Of a DNA stretch of 35,696 nucleotides, positions 35,369-35,696 are shown piece by piece. Below the pieces are notes generated by a model that did no database searches, was not told the DNA's origin, and saw only the letters and a program-made list of their open reading frames with translations. Positions within the stretch are counted from its first letter, which is position 1; each line of letters opens with the position of its first letter. The stretch lies in the NCBI RefSeq assembly GCF_001194135.2, contig NC_068986.1, forward strand, positions 14,678,401-14,714,096. The letters run 5' to 3'. A program made the position numbers and the translations under genes. The stretch is from Octopus bimaculoides (taxonomy: Eukaryota).

Positions 35369-35696
35369 AACATTATTAATGACGTTTTAAAAGTTATTGA
35401 TTTATTCCTTAGAGATAATAAAAAATATCATTATATTTTTTTTTTAAATAATTTTGGTGTAGGTTATTCTACTACTAATAATGTTGCTAATATTATCTCT
35501 TCTTTTAATAAATTTAAGTTAAATAAGTACTATAAATTTAAATTTAATAATTATTCTAATATTAATTTTAATAATAATAATGTTGACCAGGATATAATTA
35601 ATTGTACATATTTAGATAAAACTAAATGTAATTTTAATAATAAATGTAATTTGAAAGATGTAGTGTATAAATGTATAGTGAAATTATTGAATGAAA
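35369..35696 (+). mobile_element. Penelope-like retroelement ORF fragment: RT C-terminal/linker, Cys knuckle and start of the GIY-YIG endonuclease; runs off the window end
   Basis: My translation gives 109 codons with no stop: NIINDVLKVIDLFLRDNKKYHYIFFLNNFGVGYSTTNNVANIISSFNKFKL...NCTYLDKTKCNFNNKCNLKDVVYKCIVKLLNE. This matches the Neptune-type pattern, recalled as NIG..FL.LID..F.....LH.IFN.N..KVSYS...N...IISSHNK..L...CxC-x5-C-x5-C-x4-VVY. Confidence 0.82.

Overview
AT-rich, gap-ridden (nine N runs) eukaryotic non-coding DNA, saturated with microsatellites and two tRNA-derived SINE families. From memory, the repeat repertoire looks like an Octopus (cephalopod) assembly; this is inference. I can support no host protein-coding gene, and almost all listed ORFs are microsatellite or N artefacts. 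The informative content is mobile or small-RNA derived. (1) A well-formed minimal type I hammerhead ribozyme fold with a variant core (CCGAUGA) on the minus strand at 4525-4580. (2) An ORF missed by the ORF track at 35369-35696: 109 open codons at about 15.5% GC, matching the RT-to-GIY-YIG linker of a Penelope-like retroelement (Neptune type). (3) A degenerate full-length U6 snRNA copy followed 8 nt later by a tRNA-Asn pseudogene, plus a second tRNA-Asn pseudogene at 24133-24206. (4) A 549-bp foldback element built from two mariner 3' ends. (5) An unclassified palindromic element family in three copies. (6) SINE-in-SINE junctions at the same position at two loci. (7) 39-bp, 46-bp and 167-bp tandem repeats.
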